Shown here piece after piece: positions 9,384 to 19,531 of a stretch of DNA of 62,707 nt. The notes under the pieces were generated by a model. That model did no database searches, was not told the DNA's origin, and saw only the letters and a list, made by a program, of their open reading frames with translations. The stretch's first letter is position 1; every line of letters starts with the position of its first letter. Both the position numbers and the translations under genes were made by a program. The stretch is from positions 1 through 62,707 of the forward strand of contig JBEKMU010000007.1 in assembly GCA_049523555.1 (NCBI GenBank). Reading direction: 5' to 3'. Origin of the DNA: Verrucomicrobiota bacterium. Its GTDB lineage: Bacteria > Verrucomicrobiota > Verrucomicrobiia > Limisphaerales > UBA11358.

Positions 9384-10912
9384 GGCTTGGGGTCTTGCGG
9401 CATTGGGGTTGCAGCGCAGAGCTTACCGAAAATGGAATTGCCGGCAATGAATTTGCGCAACGGCCGACGCAAGATCCACGCCGCTACCAGCCCGCCATGC
9501 AAGCCGGCGGGAATCAACAGCCAGTAGGAATCGTGTTTGAAGGCCAGGTAGCTCAACGCAAACCCGGCCCCGACCAGACCTTGCGCCCCCATTTTAAGCC
9601 AGGTGTGAAAGTCCAGCCAACCCCCCGCCTTCATCAGATGCATGGCAAACAAATCCTGGGCGAGATAGGCGATCCGGCTGAACAGAAAACCGTAAGCCGC
9701 GCCAACCACCCCAGCGGCGTTCCATCCAACCCACACACCCGCGCCGGCCAGCAAACCGGCAGCAACGTTGAACCCGACCGCCGTGCCCATGCGGTTGAGG
9801 GAGGCCAGTTGCGCCCCGGAAATGTTAGCCATGGCACTGAGGCAGCACGCGACGACCAGCGGCGTGAGCAGCGGCGCGACTCGCAAAGCGGTTTGTTGCC
9901 CCAGTTCCATTCCCATGGTGTGCACCAGCCACACCCGGAGCAGCACCGGATGCCAGAGGCCGAGCCAGAGGGCGGCGAGCAGATACCAGTCGAATACAAA
10001 GGCAAAGGTTTCATTGTAAATCTTCGCCGCCGCTTCGCGCCCGCTGTCCACTACCCGCGCGGTGTTGTAAAGAACCGGCCCCATGACCGCGACACTCAGG
10101 CTTTGCAGGCGCGCGCCGATGTTGCCGGAAAAAAAGTAAGGGCTGAAATCCGCCGTCGGGGCCAGTTTGCCGAGCATCACCCGGTCAACGGAACCGAACA
10201 GCGATCCGGCAATCAACCCCAGGAAATTTTTCCCGGTGTAGGCGGCCATTTCCCGGGCGCGGGCGAAGCTGGCCGTTTGGAGATTGAAACCCAGATGATA
10301 ATTTCGCCGCGCGTGCCGGACGAAAACGCCGAGTTGCAACAGGCTGACGAGCGTGCTCCACACAATCAGCAACAGCGGATTTTGGGTGAAAAACGCCAGC
10401 GCGATGGACGGCAGGATTTGCAGCAAGGTCATCGCCACCCGCAACAAGCTGATGAATTTGAAATCCAAGTAGGCCTGTGAAAGAATCAGCCAGTAGGTGC
10501 CGTAGTAGGCAAGGAACAAGCCAAAACCGCCCGCCACAAAACACCAACGAAGCAAATTGGCATCGCCCGGCAGCACGTTGAACCATTTCGGCCCCAGCCA
10601 TGCGCCCAACCCGATGAACGCCAGCGCCACCAGCGTCAGAAATGGAATCATGATTAGATTCCCCGTGCCCCAATAACCGCGCACAGCTTCGTGGTCATTT
10701 TTCCCCAGCGCAACCCCGATGTAACGTCCCACCGCAACGCCCAGACCGAGATCGGCAAAACCAAACATTCCATTGAAGGTAACAATGTAACCCCACAGCG
10801 CGTACATGTCGTTGCCGAGATAACGAAGAAACAAGGGCATCGAAAAAAAACCGACTGCCGCGCTGACCAGCAGCGGCGTCATGTTCCACAAAGACTGTCG
10901 TTTGATACTCAT
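9380..10912 (-). CDS. wzx: Wzx-type oligosaccharide flippase (MOP/PST family)
   Basis: ~510 aa polytopic membrane protein; PLFLRYLG...FADLGLGVAVGRYI. Confidence 0.8.
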   Translation of the reverse strand: MSIKRQSLWNMTPLLVSAAVGFFSMPLFLRYLGNDMYALWGYIVTFNGMFGFADLGLGVAVGRYIGVALGKNDHEAVRGYWGTGNLIMIPFLTLVALAFIGLGAWLGPKWFNVLPGDANLLRWCFVAGGFGLFLAYYGTYWLILSQAYLDFKFISLLRVAMTLLQILPSIALAFFTQNPLLLIVWSTLVSLLQLGVFVRHARRNYHLGFNLQTASFARAREMAAYTGKNFLGLIAGSLFGSVDRVMLGKLAPTADFSPYFFSGNIGARLQSLSVAVMGPVLYNTARVVDSGREAAAKIYNETFAFVFDWYLLAALWLGLWHPVLLRVWLVHTMGMELGQQTALRVAPLLTPLVVACCLSAMANISGAQLASLNRMGTAVGFNVAAGLLAGAGVWVGWNAAGVVGAAYGFLFSRIAYLAQDLFAMHLMKAGGWLDFHTWLKMGAQGLVGAGFALSYLAFKHDSYWLLIPAGLHGGLVAAWILRRPLRKFIAGNSIFGKLCAATPMPQDPKP

Positions 10913-11051
10913 GAAAGGCGCGCGGGCGGAAGTTACCTGTTCACGACAACTTTTCCACGCCGAAAATTATCCGGTCGCAAACTCAAATGCGCTTGCAGTC
11001 TGCCGCCGCTCTGCTTTCATTCCACCGTCGCGTTTCCGACGAAGGGAAAAT

Positions 11052-12638
11052 ATGCATTGTGTCATCGGTTCCGGTCCGGCGGGCGTCGCCTGCGCCAAGG
11101 CGCTGCTGGCGCGCGGCGCAAGCGTACTGATGCTCGACGCCGGCCTCGTACTGGAGGCCGACCACGCCCAAATCGTCCGTCAATTTGCCGGCACGAAACC
11201 TTCCACCTGGCAAATGGGCGACCGCGCCAGCCTGAAAGGCGACATGGCTGCCAGCGCCAAAGGCATTCCACTCAAGCTGGCTTTCGGTTCGGACTTTCCC
11301 TACCGCGAAACGGAAACGCACATCCCTTGGCGTGGCCAGGGCACCAGCGTGCGACCGTCGTTGGCGCTCGGCGGCCTCAGCAATGTCTGGGGCGCGACCC
11401 TGTTGCCGTATCGCGACGCGGACATCGCCGACTGGCCCATCAAAAGCGCGCAATTGGAAAGACATTACCGCGCCGTGCTTGAACTCACCGGGCTGGCCGC
11501 CCAGCGTGACGACCTCGAAGAGTGGTTTCCGCTGCATTGCGACAACCCGCGCATGCTTGAGCCCAGCCAACAGGCCGGTTTACTGCTCCACAATCTTTCC
11601 CGCCATCGCGACGTCCTGCGCGAACGCGGCTGGCGATTCGGCCGCGCGCGGCTGGCCGTGCGCGCCGCCGACAACCCCCGGGGCATTGGGTGCCTCTATT
11701 GCGGTTTTTGCATGTATGGCTGCCCTTACGGCTGCATTTTCAACAGCGCCGACACCGTGTGCGAACTGCGCGCGGAGAAAGGCTTCACATATCACCGTGA
11801 TGTCATTGTCGCCTTGTTGCGTGAACATTCCGACAAAGTCATCGTCGAAGGTTATCACCGCCAAACGCGCGCCCCGCTTTCATTTGAAGCGAACCGGGCG
11901 TATCTGGCAGCGGGCGTCATTCCGACCGCGCAAATTCTTTTGCGCTCCCAATCCGCCTACGACCACCCGTTGCGCCTGCGCGACAGCCAGTATTTCCTTT
12001 TCCCGCTCGTGCTGGCGCGCCGGTCACGGGACGTCCAAACCGAATTGCTGTACACCCTCAGCCAGGTTTTCATCGAACTTTGCCGTCCGCAAATCAGCCG
12101 CCATACCGTCCATCTGCAAATTTACACCTACAGCGATTTGATCGGGGAGGCCGTGCGGAAAACTTTCGGACCGCTCGCGCGTCCGCTGGAAGGCCTGGCG
12201 CGGCAACTCGAAGGACGCATGGTGATTGTGCAAGGCTACCTGCACTCGGACGAGTCGCGGACCATTGAAATGACGTTGAAACGCGACGGCGCGAGGGACT
12301 GTCTGCACTTGAACGCGCTGCCCAATCCCGACACCCGGCGCACGGTCAAACGTGTTGTGCGTGAAATGCTCCGGCAATCGCGCCGGCTCGGCGGCATCGT
12401 TTTGCCGCCGATGTTGCATATGGGCCGGCCCGGCCGCGGCTTTCACTGCGGCGGCTCGTTTCCGATGCGCGAAAATCCGCAACCGTTCGAGAGCGATTGT
12501 CTCGGACGACCGCATGGCTGGACGCGCGTTCACGCGGTGGACGCGACGGTGTTTCCGAGCGTGCCGGCAACAGCGATCACTTTTTCCGTCATGGCCAACG
12601 CCCATCGCATCGGCTGGGAAACCGCCGCGTGGGATTGA
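11052..12638 (+). CDS. GMC family FAD oxidoreductase
   Basis: VIGSGPAG FAD motif, GGLSNVWGA, CLYCGFCMYGCP, FHCGGSFPM, VDATVFP. Confidence 0.85.
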   Translation: MHCVIGSGPAGVACAKALLARGASVLMLDAGLVLEADHAQIVRQFAGTKPSTWQMGDRASLKGDMAASAKGIPLKLAFGSDFPYRETETHIPWRGQGTSVRPSLALGGLSNVWGATLLPYRDADIADWPIKSAQLERHYRAVLELTGLAAQRDDLEEWFPLHCDNPRMLEPSQQAGLLLHNLSRHRDVLRERGWRFGRARLAVRAADNPRGIGCLYCGFCMYGCPYGCIFNSADTVCELRAEKGFTYHRDVIVALLREHSDKVIVEGYHRQTRAPLSFEANRAYLAAGVIPTAQILLRSQSAYDHPLRLRDSQYFLFPLVLARRSRDVQTELLYTLSQVFIELCRPQISRHTVHLQIYTYSDLIGEAVRKTFGPLARPLEGLARQLEGRMVIVQGYLHSDESRTIEMTLKRDGARDCLHLNALPNPDTRRTVKRVVREMLRQSRRLGGIVLPPMLHMGRPGRGFHCGGSFPMRENPQPFESDCLGRPHGWTRVHAVDATVFPSVPATAITFSVMANAHRIGWETAAWD

Positions 12639-12666
12639 ATTGATTGACAGCCGGTTTTATGTGATG

Positions 12667-12725
12667 GGTAGGGCCGCACGGCTGTGCGGCCATCAACATC
12701 CGGCACGCGGCAACGCCGCCCTGCC
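12667..12725. repeat. REP-like palindrome (GGTAGGGCCGC...CGCCCTGCC family)
   Basis: Intergenic imperfect palindrome; same family as 47652..47711. Confidence 0.7.
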
Positions 12726-12741
12726 CTTGCCGGGTAATGAT

Positions 12742-13632
12742 ATGAGCAACTCAACAAACGAAAAATCATCGAAACCGGTTTGCGCCATCACCGGCAGCAA
12801 TGGCTACGTCGGCGGCTGCCTCAAAAATTATTTTTCGGCGCGCGGCTGGGAAATTTTGGAATTGACCCGCCGGTCGGGATCCGGGGCGCGCGCGGTGGCG
12901 TTCCAGCTCGGCGCGGAAATTTCCCCACAGGCCCTGGCGGGGGCGCGCGCGCTCGTGCACTGCGCCTACGACTTCCAGCCGCTGCGCTGGAAAGAAATTC
13001 GCGCGGTGAACGTGGACGGCACGCGAAAACTTTTTCAGGCCGCGCGCGCGGCGGGCGTCGAAAAAATGGTTTGCCTTTCATCCATCAGCGCCTACGACGG
13101 CTGCCGCTCGCTTTACGGCAAGGCGAAACTGGAAATTGAAAAAATCGCGCTGGACAGCGGCGCGCTGGCGGTCCGGCCCGGATTGGTTTACGGCCGCGGG
13201 CCGGGCGGGATGTTCGGAAAATTGGCCGCGCAAATCCGGAAGTCCTCCATTATCCCGCTGATCGGCGACGGCTCGCAAATCCAGTTTCTTGTCCACAACG
13301 AGGATTTGTCCGCGTTCGTGGAAAAAGTCGCCGCCGGAAAAATCAAAACGGCGCCGCGCATTTTGACGGCGGCGCACGAGCAGCCGTGGCCGTTCAAGCA
13401 ATTGCTTTTGGAAATCGCGCGCGGTCTGGACAAGAAAGTAAAATTCGTCCCGCTGCCGTGGCGGCTGGTCTGGGCCGGATTGAAAATGGCGGAAACTTGC
13501 GGCGTGCGCCTGAATTTCCGCAGCGACAGTCTGGTAAGCCTGATGTATCAAAACCAGAATCCGGATTTTTCCGCGAACGCGGCGGCGGGTCTGATTTGCC
13601 GTGCATTTCGGGTGGACAAATTGGCATTGTGA
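12742..13632 (+). CDS. NAD-dependent epimerase/dehydratase (extended SDR)
   Basis: ITGSNGYVG, VHCA, YGKAKLEIE (YxxxK), RPGLVYG. Confidence 0.9.
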   Translation: MSNSTNEKSSKPVCAITGSNGYVGGCLKNYFSARGWEILELTRRSGSGARAVAFQLGAEISPQALAGARALVHCAYDFQPLRWKEIRAVNVDGTRKLFQAARAAGVEKMVCLSSISAYDGCRSLYGKAKLEIEKIALDSGALAVRPGLVYGRGPGGMFGKLAAQIRKSSIIPLIGDGSQIQFLVHNEDLSAFVEKVAAGKIKTAPRILTAAHEQPWPFKQLLLEIARGLDKKVKFVPLPWRLVWAGLKMAETCGVRLNFRSDSLVSLMYQNQNPDFSANAAAGLICRAFRVDKLAL

Positions 13633-13645
13633 CTGGCTGCAAATA

Positions 13646-15370
13646 CTACTGCCAGAGCAGAATTTTTAGAATATCGCCCGGCTTGAGGCGCGACCAATTG
13701 CGAAACGGATGCCCCTGATAAGAAGGCGCATGATAATCCCCCGGCTTCTCGGGGATTTGGAAAAAACCAATATCCATAACTTTGCCGCTGGCATAGACGC
13801 GGCAAACCCTTAATGACCGAGGAAGATCCTTTTCCTCTGGAAAAGGATAATGACCAGAGATTTCATACAAGGTTCCTTCTGTGAAGTGATGCTGACGGCA
13901 CCACTCTTGTACAAAGGCAACCGAATTAACATTTGTGCCCAATTGAAAAATATTGCGTTGTGCATAGTAAACCTCGGCTCCACGCACGTCACCGTTAAAG
14001 AACGCGGGGCCATTGGTTGAAGCGGTTTTAACAATGATTTCTCCTATCCGTTCCTGTTCCGACTGGGCGACATAACTCCATCCTTGCGGCATTTCATAGG
14101 TCCTCCAAAAAAAACAGATGGAAAACAGACCCACCATGACACTCAGTCCAAAAATCCAGGTCGAAGCCCCGCGGCTCCAGGTTGTTCCCCAAACGATAAA
14201 AAGCGCCAGTAACTGCACCCCCTTCAGACGATCATACGAATAGAGATTCGCATGGTCACCCATCAACAGATTCTCCAGCAAGGCGATAACCATGATAAGA
14301 AATGAAATAAGAAAAGGATCCTTGCCGGGAAGGATCACCTCACTGCGCGTCACAACCTCCTTGTTGACACGAGACCACGGTCGCAAGAAAAATACAACCA
14401 ACCCGATGATGGAGAAGAGGCCGAAAGAATTTGAATATCGGATGATCAACGTTACGCGGCTCGATAGTGAACCTTCGCGGCTCGAACCGCGAACGATCAA
14501 ATTGTGAAAATAATCATGAACTGGGATGACAGTGGCATACCACCCGATAATGCATAAGCCAGCCAAAAGACATCCAAGGATTATTGCAATCGTGAGACGA
14601 AGCGCGCGGGCATCGCGTGTTTTCCAAAACGAAAACAACGCGATCCCGGCCATTCCGAGATTGGCGAGGTAGGAAGTCCAATCCGCAAGGCATCCAATGA
14701 AAGCGAAAACAAACAGCAGAAGCGTTGAAGGGTAAAACAAAAAACAGATGATCTGAATGATCAGCAATAAAGCATAGAATTGCTCGGCCCACAAATTGAT
14801 CGAGTGGCTTTTGAGGCATTCCGGAGCGGTCATATAAATAACCGCAGTCGTGGCGGAAGCGAGCAACCGAAGTTCAAATTCAACCCCTTTTTTCTTCGTG
14901 CAAAGAAAAACCAACCCGGCCAGGGCAAACGCTGACAGTATCTGCAAGACAATGTTGTACCATCTCAAACCCGCCATGCTCGGACTTGCCCCGACCGATT
15001 TGACCGCGATATAGGGAAGAACAAATGTGAGAGGGGGAAAGCTTGTATAATAATAATTTCCGAACCGGTCAGCCGACGCAGCTCCGGGATGTTGATCAAT
15101 GTACTTGTTGTATGGCGCACCAAGCGTGAAAATGGACAGGAAGTGGTGTATCTTCCACGAAGTTTGTTCAAAAGCCAGATGGGTGACCAAAATATGTGAC
15201 TCGGACTCCTGACCATCAAGACGACCGGCGAAGGGCCGCGTTTGAATGAAATGAGCACGAGCGATCACTGAGAGCAATGAAACGCAAAAAACAATAAAAC
15301 CAACCAGCCATATCCATGATCTGGTTTTCGGCCTTGCAGGGGTAAGGCAGGAATTGTCGTTCTGACCCAT
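13646..15370 (-). CDS. polytopic membrane protein, probable GT-C fold glycosyltransferase
   Basis: N-terminal TM, then YYTSFPPL loop motif (YxxxPP, as in ArnT/PMT-like enzymes); many TMs; AT-richer than flanks. Confidence 0.6.
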   Translation of the reverse strand: MGQNDNSCLTPARPKTRSWIWLVGFIVFCVSLLSVIARAHFIQTRPFAGRLDGQESESHILVTHLAFEQTSWKIHHFLSIFTLGAPYNKYIDQHPGAASADRFGNYYYTSFPPLTFVLPYIAVKSVGASPSMAGLRWYNIVLQILSAFALAGLVFLCTKKKGVEFELRLLASATTAVIYMTAPECLKSHSINLWAEQFYALLLIIQIICFLFYPSTLLLFVFAFIGCLADWTSYLANLGMAGIALFSFWKTRDARALRLTIAIILGCLLAGLCIIGWYATVIPVHDYFHNLIVRGSSREGSLSSRVTLIIRYSNSFGLFSIIGLVVFFLRPWSRVNKEVVTRSEVILPGKDPFLISFLIMVIALLENLLMGDHANLYSYDRLKGVQLLALFIVWGTTWSRGASTWIFGLSVMVGLFSICFFWRTYEMPQGWSYVAQSEQERIGEIIVKTASTNGPAFFNGDVRGAEVYYAQRNIFQLGTNVNSVAFVQEWCRQHHFTEGTLYEISGHYPFPEEKDLPRSLRVCRVYASGKVMDIGFFQIPEKPGDYHAPSYQGHPFRNWSRLKPGDILKILLWQ

Positions 15371-15549
15371 TTTCCGCTGTTTCCGCAGGCCATTGTATAC
15401 CCCAAAGGCTTGGGGTCAAGCGATGTTCCCAAGAATCTGGTGATTGACAGTTTTGGCACCCGTCAGGCTTGCGTCATCTGGATCTCTTGGAAGAGGCGCG
15501 TGACAACAGCCATTGGGACGAACTCTGGATCACTGGTTGATGGCAGTGG

Positions 15550-15655
15550 TGTCAAGGCAGCCGGCGCGATTTAATTCGTGAAATGCCGATAAAATCCAGC
15601 CCGCGCCGCACAACTAGCCGGAGCAAAGAATCCACACTCGCACAGCCAGCGCCAT
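15550..15655 (-). pseudogene. 5' remnant of a paralogue of the 16955..18841 membrane protein
   Basis: MALAVRVWILCSG*LCGAGWILSAFHELNRAG versus MPTVVLLWVWFCAYLNCAGWTLSAIRELNARG; in-frame TAG at 15614-15616. Confidence 0.75.
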
Positions 15656-15706
15656 ACTCAGAAATTCTCAAGGCCGGTTCACATCGCATCACCAGCAAAA
15701 ACGGGC

Positions 15707-16903
15707 CTATTTTGCCGCAGGTGCTGGCGGCCGGCGCGAGACGGTTTTCAGGCCGAGCACGCTCATGAAGAAGCTCGAAAAAACACCCTGAATACCCAGG
15801 ATCACGAGCGTTGCCGCCGGAATCAGCCGGCGCAGGTTTTCCTCCATTGACGGCAGCAGGCCGAAGCGGGCTTGTTTCCAAAGCCACAGCGCGCGCAGCA
15901 ATAAAATTGTTCCCGTGAGCAACACGACTAAGCTGGCGACAATTCCCTTTTCGAGCGTGAAAATTTTGAAGACACGCGTGAGTTTCGGGTCCTCCGGCAG
16001 CAGGCCTTCGGCGATGGCAAAAACCTTGGTGAAAAACGCGAAAGCAACGAGTTGGAAACCCATAACGACCGCCATGCACGCCGTCATCAGCGTGCCCACG
16101 TTCAACTCGACACCACTGACTTTGATGTCATTCACCGACAGTGCGGCGGCAAAAATGATGCCCAGTGCCGAGAGCAAAAGTCCCGGCACGAGAAACAGCC
16201 AGCGCGGCGAGTAAATGAGCATGAACCGCAAATGCCGCCAGCCGTCACGCCACGGTTTCAAATGCGGCGGGCGCGAGCGCCCGTCCGGGTGCAGCGTGAC
16301 GGGCACTTCGGAAATTTTGAACTTCCTGAGTGTGGCCTTGATGACCATTTCGGAGGCGAACTCCATGCCCGTCGTCTGCAATTCCATTTTTTCAAAGGCC
16401 TCTTTGGTGAATCCGCGCAGGCCGCAATGAAAATCGTGCGCCGGACATTTAAAAAAAAACCGGCCGACGAACGTCAACACCGGATTGCCGAGCCAGCGGT
16501 TTTTCCACGGCATCGCGCCGGGCAAAATGGTTCCGCCGCCGACCGGCAAACGGCAGCCCATGACCAGTTCGGAACCTTCCTGAAATTTTTTAACGAAGCC
16601 GGTGAGGTCGGATAAATCGTAGCTGTCGTCCGCATCGCCCATGATGATCCATTTGCCGGACGCGGCCTGAATACCGCCGCGCAAGGCGCTGCCGTAACCT
16701 TTTTCCTTCACGTGCACGACGCGCGCGCCGAGCCGCCCGGCGATTTGTACCGAGTCGTCGGTGCTGCCGTTGTCGGCGACGACAATTTCACCCCGTACGC
16801 CGGCGCGCTGAATGCCGAGCCGCGCCTTTTCGACGCAACGGGCGATGGTTTCCGCCTCATTCAGGCACGGCATCACTATGCTCAGTTCAATGGGTTCGTT
16901 CAC
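15707..16903 (-). CDS. GT2 polyprenyl-phosphate glycosyltransferase (DPM synthase/GtrB-like) with C-terminal TMs
   Basis: SIVMPCLNEA, DNGSTD, GYGSAL, MGDADDSYD, DFHCGLRGF. Confidence 0.9.
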   Translation of the reverse strand: MNEPIELSIVMPCLNEAETIARCVEKARLGIQRAGVRGEIVVADNGSTDDSVQIAGRLGARVVHVKEKGYGSALRGGIQAASGKWIIMGDADDSYDLSDLTGFVKKFQEGSELVMGCRLPVGGGTILPGAMPWKNRWLGNPVLTFVGRFFFKCPAHDFHCGLRGFTKEAFEKMELQTTGMEFASEMVIKATLRKFKISEVPVTLHPDGRSRPPHLKPWRDGWRHLRFMLIYSPRWLFLVPGLLLSALGIIFAAALSVNDIKVSGVELNVGTLMTACMAVVMGFQLVAFAFFTKVFAIAEGLLPEDPKLTRVFKIFTLEKGIVASLVVLLTGTILLLRALWLWKQARFGLLPSMEENLRRLIPAATLVILGIQGVFSSFFMSVLGLKTVSRRPPAPAAK

Positions 16904-16954
16904 GAGACAAACTTACTCAAACTTCCGGCCACTTGGCGAGTGCGGGTTTTTGGC

Positions 16955-18841
16955 TCACGGCAATTTGACCAGATACCAGTCGGCCGCGGCTTCGGCGGCG
17001 CGCTGTGGGAGCGGAATTTTTTCAACCACTTGCGCGTTCATCCGCCCGACCCAGTCGTCGGGTGAACAGCCAAACCAGCGTCCAAAGTCGCGCGTTTTTA
17101 TCAAAACGTATTCGATGCCGCGCTGTTTCAGATCCGGGAGCGTGTCGCCGGGGCAAACATGCTCGATGCGGCGCGAACCGAACGGCCGCCATAATGAAGC
17201 TTCCGGGGCGTCGAACGCGATGAAGCCTAAAATTTTCAAGTCGGGCGGCAGAGTCGCGCGCGCGGGCGCAAAAGCGTCATTCCGGTCGCGATAGATGGAA
17301 TACACAGTTTCAACACGCGCCAGTGACGGATGTTGTCCCGCAGCCGTGTGAATTTTTTCCAAAAACATCCCGACCGGGAATAGCGGGCGTGCCGGAGAAA
17401 TAACCAGCAATCCCGCCGCCATCAAAAAGACTGCCAGCGCCGACGTACGCCACCAGCGCCGCGTCACGAGCCTTTCGTGTCCGGAGGCAGCAAGGAAAAT
17501 CGGCAGCAGCAAGGCGTAAAATGGCACAATTTCGCGGCTGATGGCGATAAAATTCGATTGCGTCATAAATGCCAGCAGGCAAATTGCGGACGACCAGCGC
17601 GTGCAGATTTGCCAGAATGATGTGCCAACGTTGTCTCGTAGCAGCGCGGTTTTTTCCCTCCGCATGAATATTACCGCCACAACACTGGCTAGTAGCAAAC
17701 TCGAAACACCGAAGCCCACCCCGGCATTTTCCTCGATTTGCATCTCGTCCAGTTTGAACTCGCTGCCCGGCGATTCCATGGTCCGCGCCAGTTGCGCCCG
17801 CAAACCGGGCGGTAGCATCACTTTTACTTCGCGGTTCCACTGGTTCGCCAAGGGAAAAACGGGCGGCACAAAATTCTGGCTCGTGATTAAGACCACATTG
17901 GCCCCGGTCCGCAGCAGCATCACGTTTTTCGTGGCACCGTAACCCACTCCGACCCCGGACCAATCGAAAGAAAATTTCACGTTTAAAACCATCGTCGGCA
18001 AAGCCGAGGCAAAAACGGCCAGCACGCAAACGCAGAACGTTCGCGCCGGCCAGCGCAAAATCAGCCCCAGCGAAGGCAAAAGGGCAACCGCCCATGGCAG
18101 GAGCAGCGGCAGATTGCCCATTTTGGCGCTGGTCATCATCGCCGCCGCCAAGAGCGAAGCAAAAAAATCGTGCAGTGACCGGGATTTTTTCGCGCGCAGC
18201 GCAAAATCCACCGCCGCCAGCGCGAACGTCGCTCCGAACAAATCGTTGCCGATGCTGCCCGCTTGCAGCACCAAACAGTAACCCGTTGGCACAATCCACA
18301 TCCAATGCCAGGCTGTGCGCCGGCGCACGCCGAGCCGTGTAAACACGCTGAACACCAGGCCCGGCAGCAGCAGAAATGAAATGATATTGATGAGAAACAA
18401 CCATCGGTCGGTTTTCATCAGCGCGACGAACGGCGCGGATACCCACTCGATGCCGCACGTGCGACCATTAAGACGGTCGAAAATAGTGTGAATCCAGTGC
18501 CATTGCCCCCCCGCCAGCCAGTGCAGCACGCGCGGAATGCGATAGGCCAGCGCGTCATAATTTGTCGGCGGATGCAGCGCGCCGCCCAAAAACGCCAGCG
18601 CCGCCAGAATCAAAAACGCCAGCGGGAACGGCCGCCGGAAACGGCGGCGGAATTTCTGCCAACGCGCGTGCGCCAAAAATTGCGCGGAAGTTCTTTTCCG
18701 CCAGACGCACAGGGCGATGAACCAAATCAGCAGCGCGACGGCATAGCCGCGGGCGTTCAGTTCGCGAATCGCGGAAAGCGTCCACCCCGCGCAATTGAGA
18801 TACGCGCAAAACCACACCCAGAGGAGCACGACAGTCGGCAT
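16955..18841 (-). CDS. GT-C fold (family 39-like) membrane glycosyltransferase
   Basis: PPTNYDALAYRIPRVLHW loop, AGSIGNDL, multiple TMs. Confidence 0.65.
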   Translation of the reverse strand: MPTVVLLWVWFCAYLNCAGWTLSAIRELNARGYAVALLIWFIALCVWRKRTSAQFLAHARWQKFRRRFRRPFPLAFLILAALAFLGGALHPPTNYDALAYRIPRVLHWLAGGQWHWIHTIFDRLNGRTCGIEWVSAPFVALMKTDRWLFLINIISFLLLPGLVFSVFTRLGVRRRTAWHWMWIVPTGYCLVLQAGSIGNDLFGATFALAAVDFALRAKKSRSLHDFFASLLAAAMMTSAKMGNLPLLLPWAVALLPSLGLILRWPARTFCVCVLAVFASALPTMVLNVKFSFDWSGVGVGYGATKNVMLLRTGANVVLITSQNFVPPVFPLANQWNREVKVMLPPGLRAQLARTMESPGSEFKLDEMQIEENAGVGFGVSSLLLASVVAVIFMRREKTALLRDNVGTSFWQICTRWSSAICLLAFMTQSNFIAISREIVPFYALLLPIFLAASGHERLVTRRWWRTSALAVFLMAAGLLVISPARPLFPVGMFLEKIHTAAGQHPSLARVETVYSIYRDRNDAFAPARATLPPDLKILGFIAFDAPEASLWRPFGSRRIEHVCPGDTLPDLKQRGIEYVLIKTRDFGRWFGCSPDDWVGRMNAQVVEKIPLPQRAAEAAADWYLVKLP

Positions 18842-18938
18842 TTTGCTGGCGATTTCTACGCCGCGCCGGTTTTGAAATCAATCAAATTGGTTGCGGTTTT
18901 TACCTTTTCTTTCCCGGCGGCCATTTTACGCTTTGGCA

Positions 18939-19425
18939 ATGCCTTCATTTGACATCGTTTCCCAGGTCAACTCGATGGAAATCGAGAATGCCGTCAACCA
19001 GGCCAACAAGGAACTAGCCAACCGCTTCGATTTCAAGGGCACCGATGCGGAAATTGTTCTCGAAAAAAACGAAATCAAGCTCTCCGCCGAAGACCGGTTC
19101 AAAATCAATGCGCTCACGGAAATCGTCATGGGCCGGCCCGCCAAAGCGCAACATCAGTTTGAAGAGCGTGGAAAAGGCCGAACCGGACGTTTCGCCGCTG
19201 GGCCACGCGCGGCAGGTCATCAAGATCAAGCAAGGCATCGAATCCTCCATCGCCAAGCAAATCACCGGCTTCATCCGCGACGGCAAATTCAAGGTGACGA
19301 CGCAGATTCAGGGCGACGTCATCCGCGTGACCGGCAAAAGCCGGGACGAACTGCAGGCCGTTATCGCCGCCGTGCGCGCCGGGGAATTTCCCGTCCCGGT
19401 GCAGTTTGCAAATTTCAGGGATTAG
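18939..19425 (+). pseudogene. yajQ: YajQ family nucleotide/c-di-GMP-binding protein, +1 frameshift
   Basis: MPSFDIVS...RFDFKG and [17 protein letters not shown]...QFANFRD lie in different frames; span 487 bp = 162 codons + 1. Confidence 0.9.
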
Positions 19426-19531
19426 AGTTAGTTTTCCCGATAAACTCAGACGATAGAATAACGTACTGACAATGTATTGGATTTGGCAACCTATGTGCGC
19501 TTTATTTGCGGTTAGCCATCAACCCTTTTTC

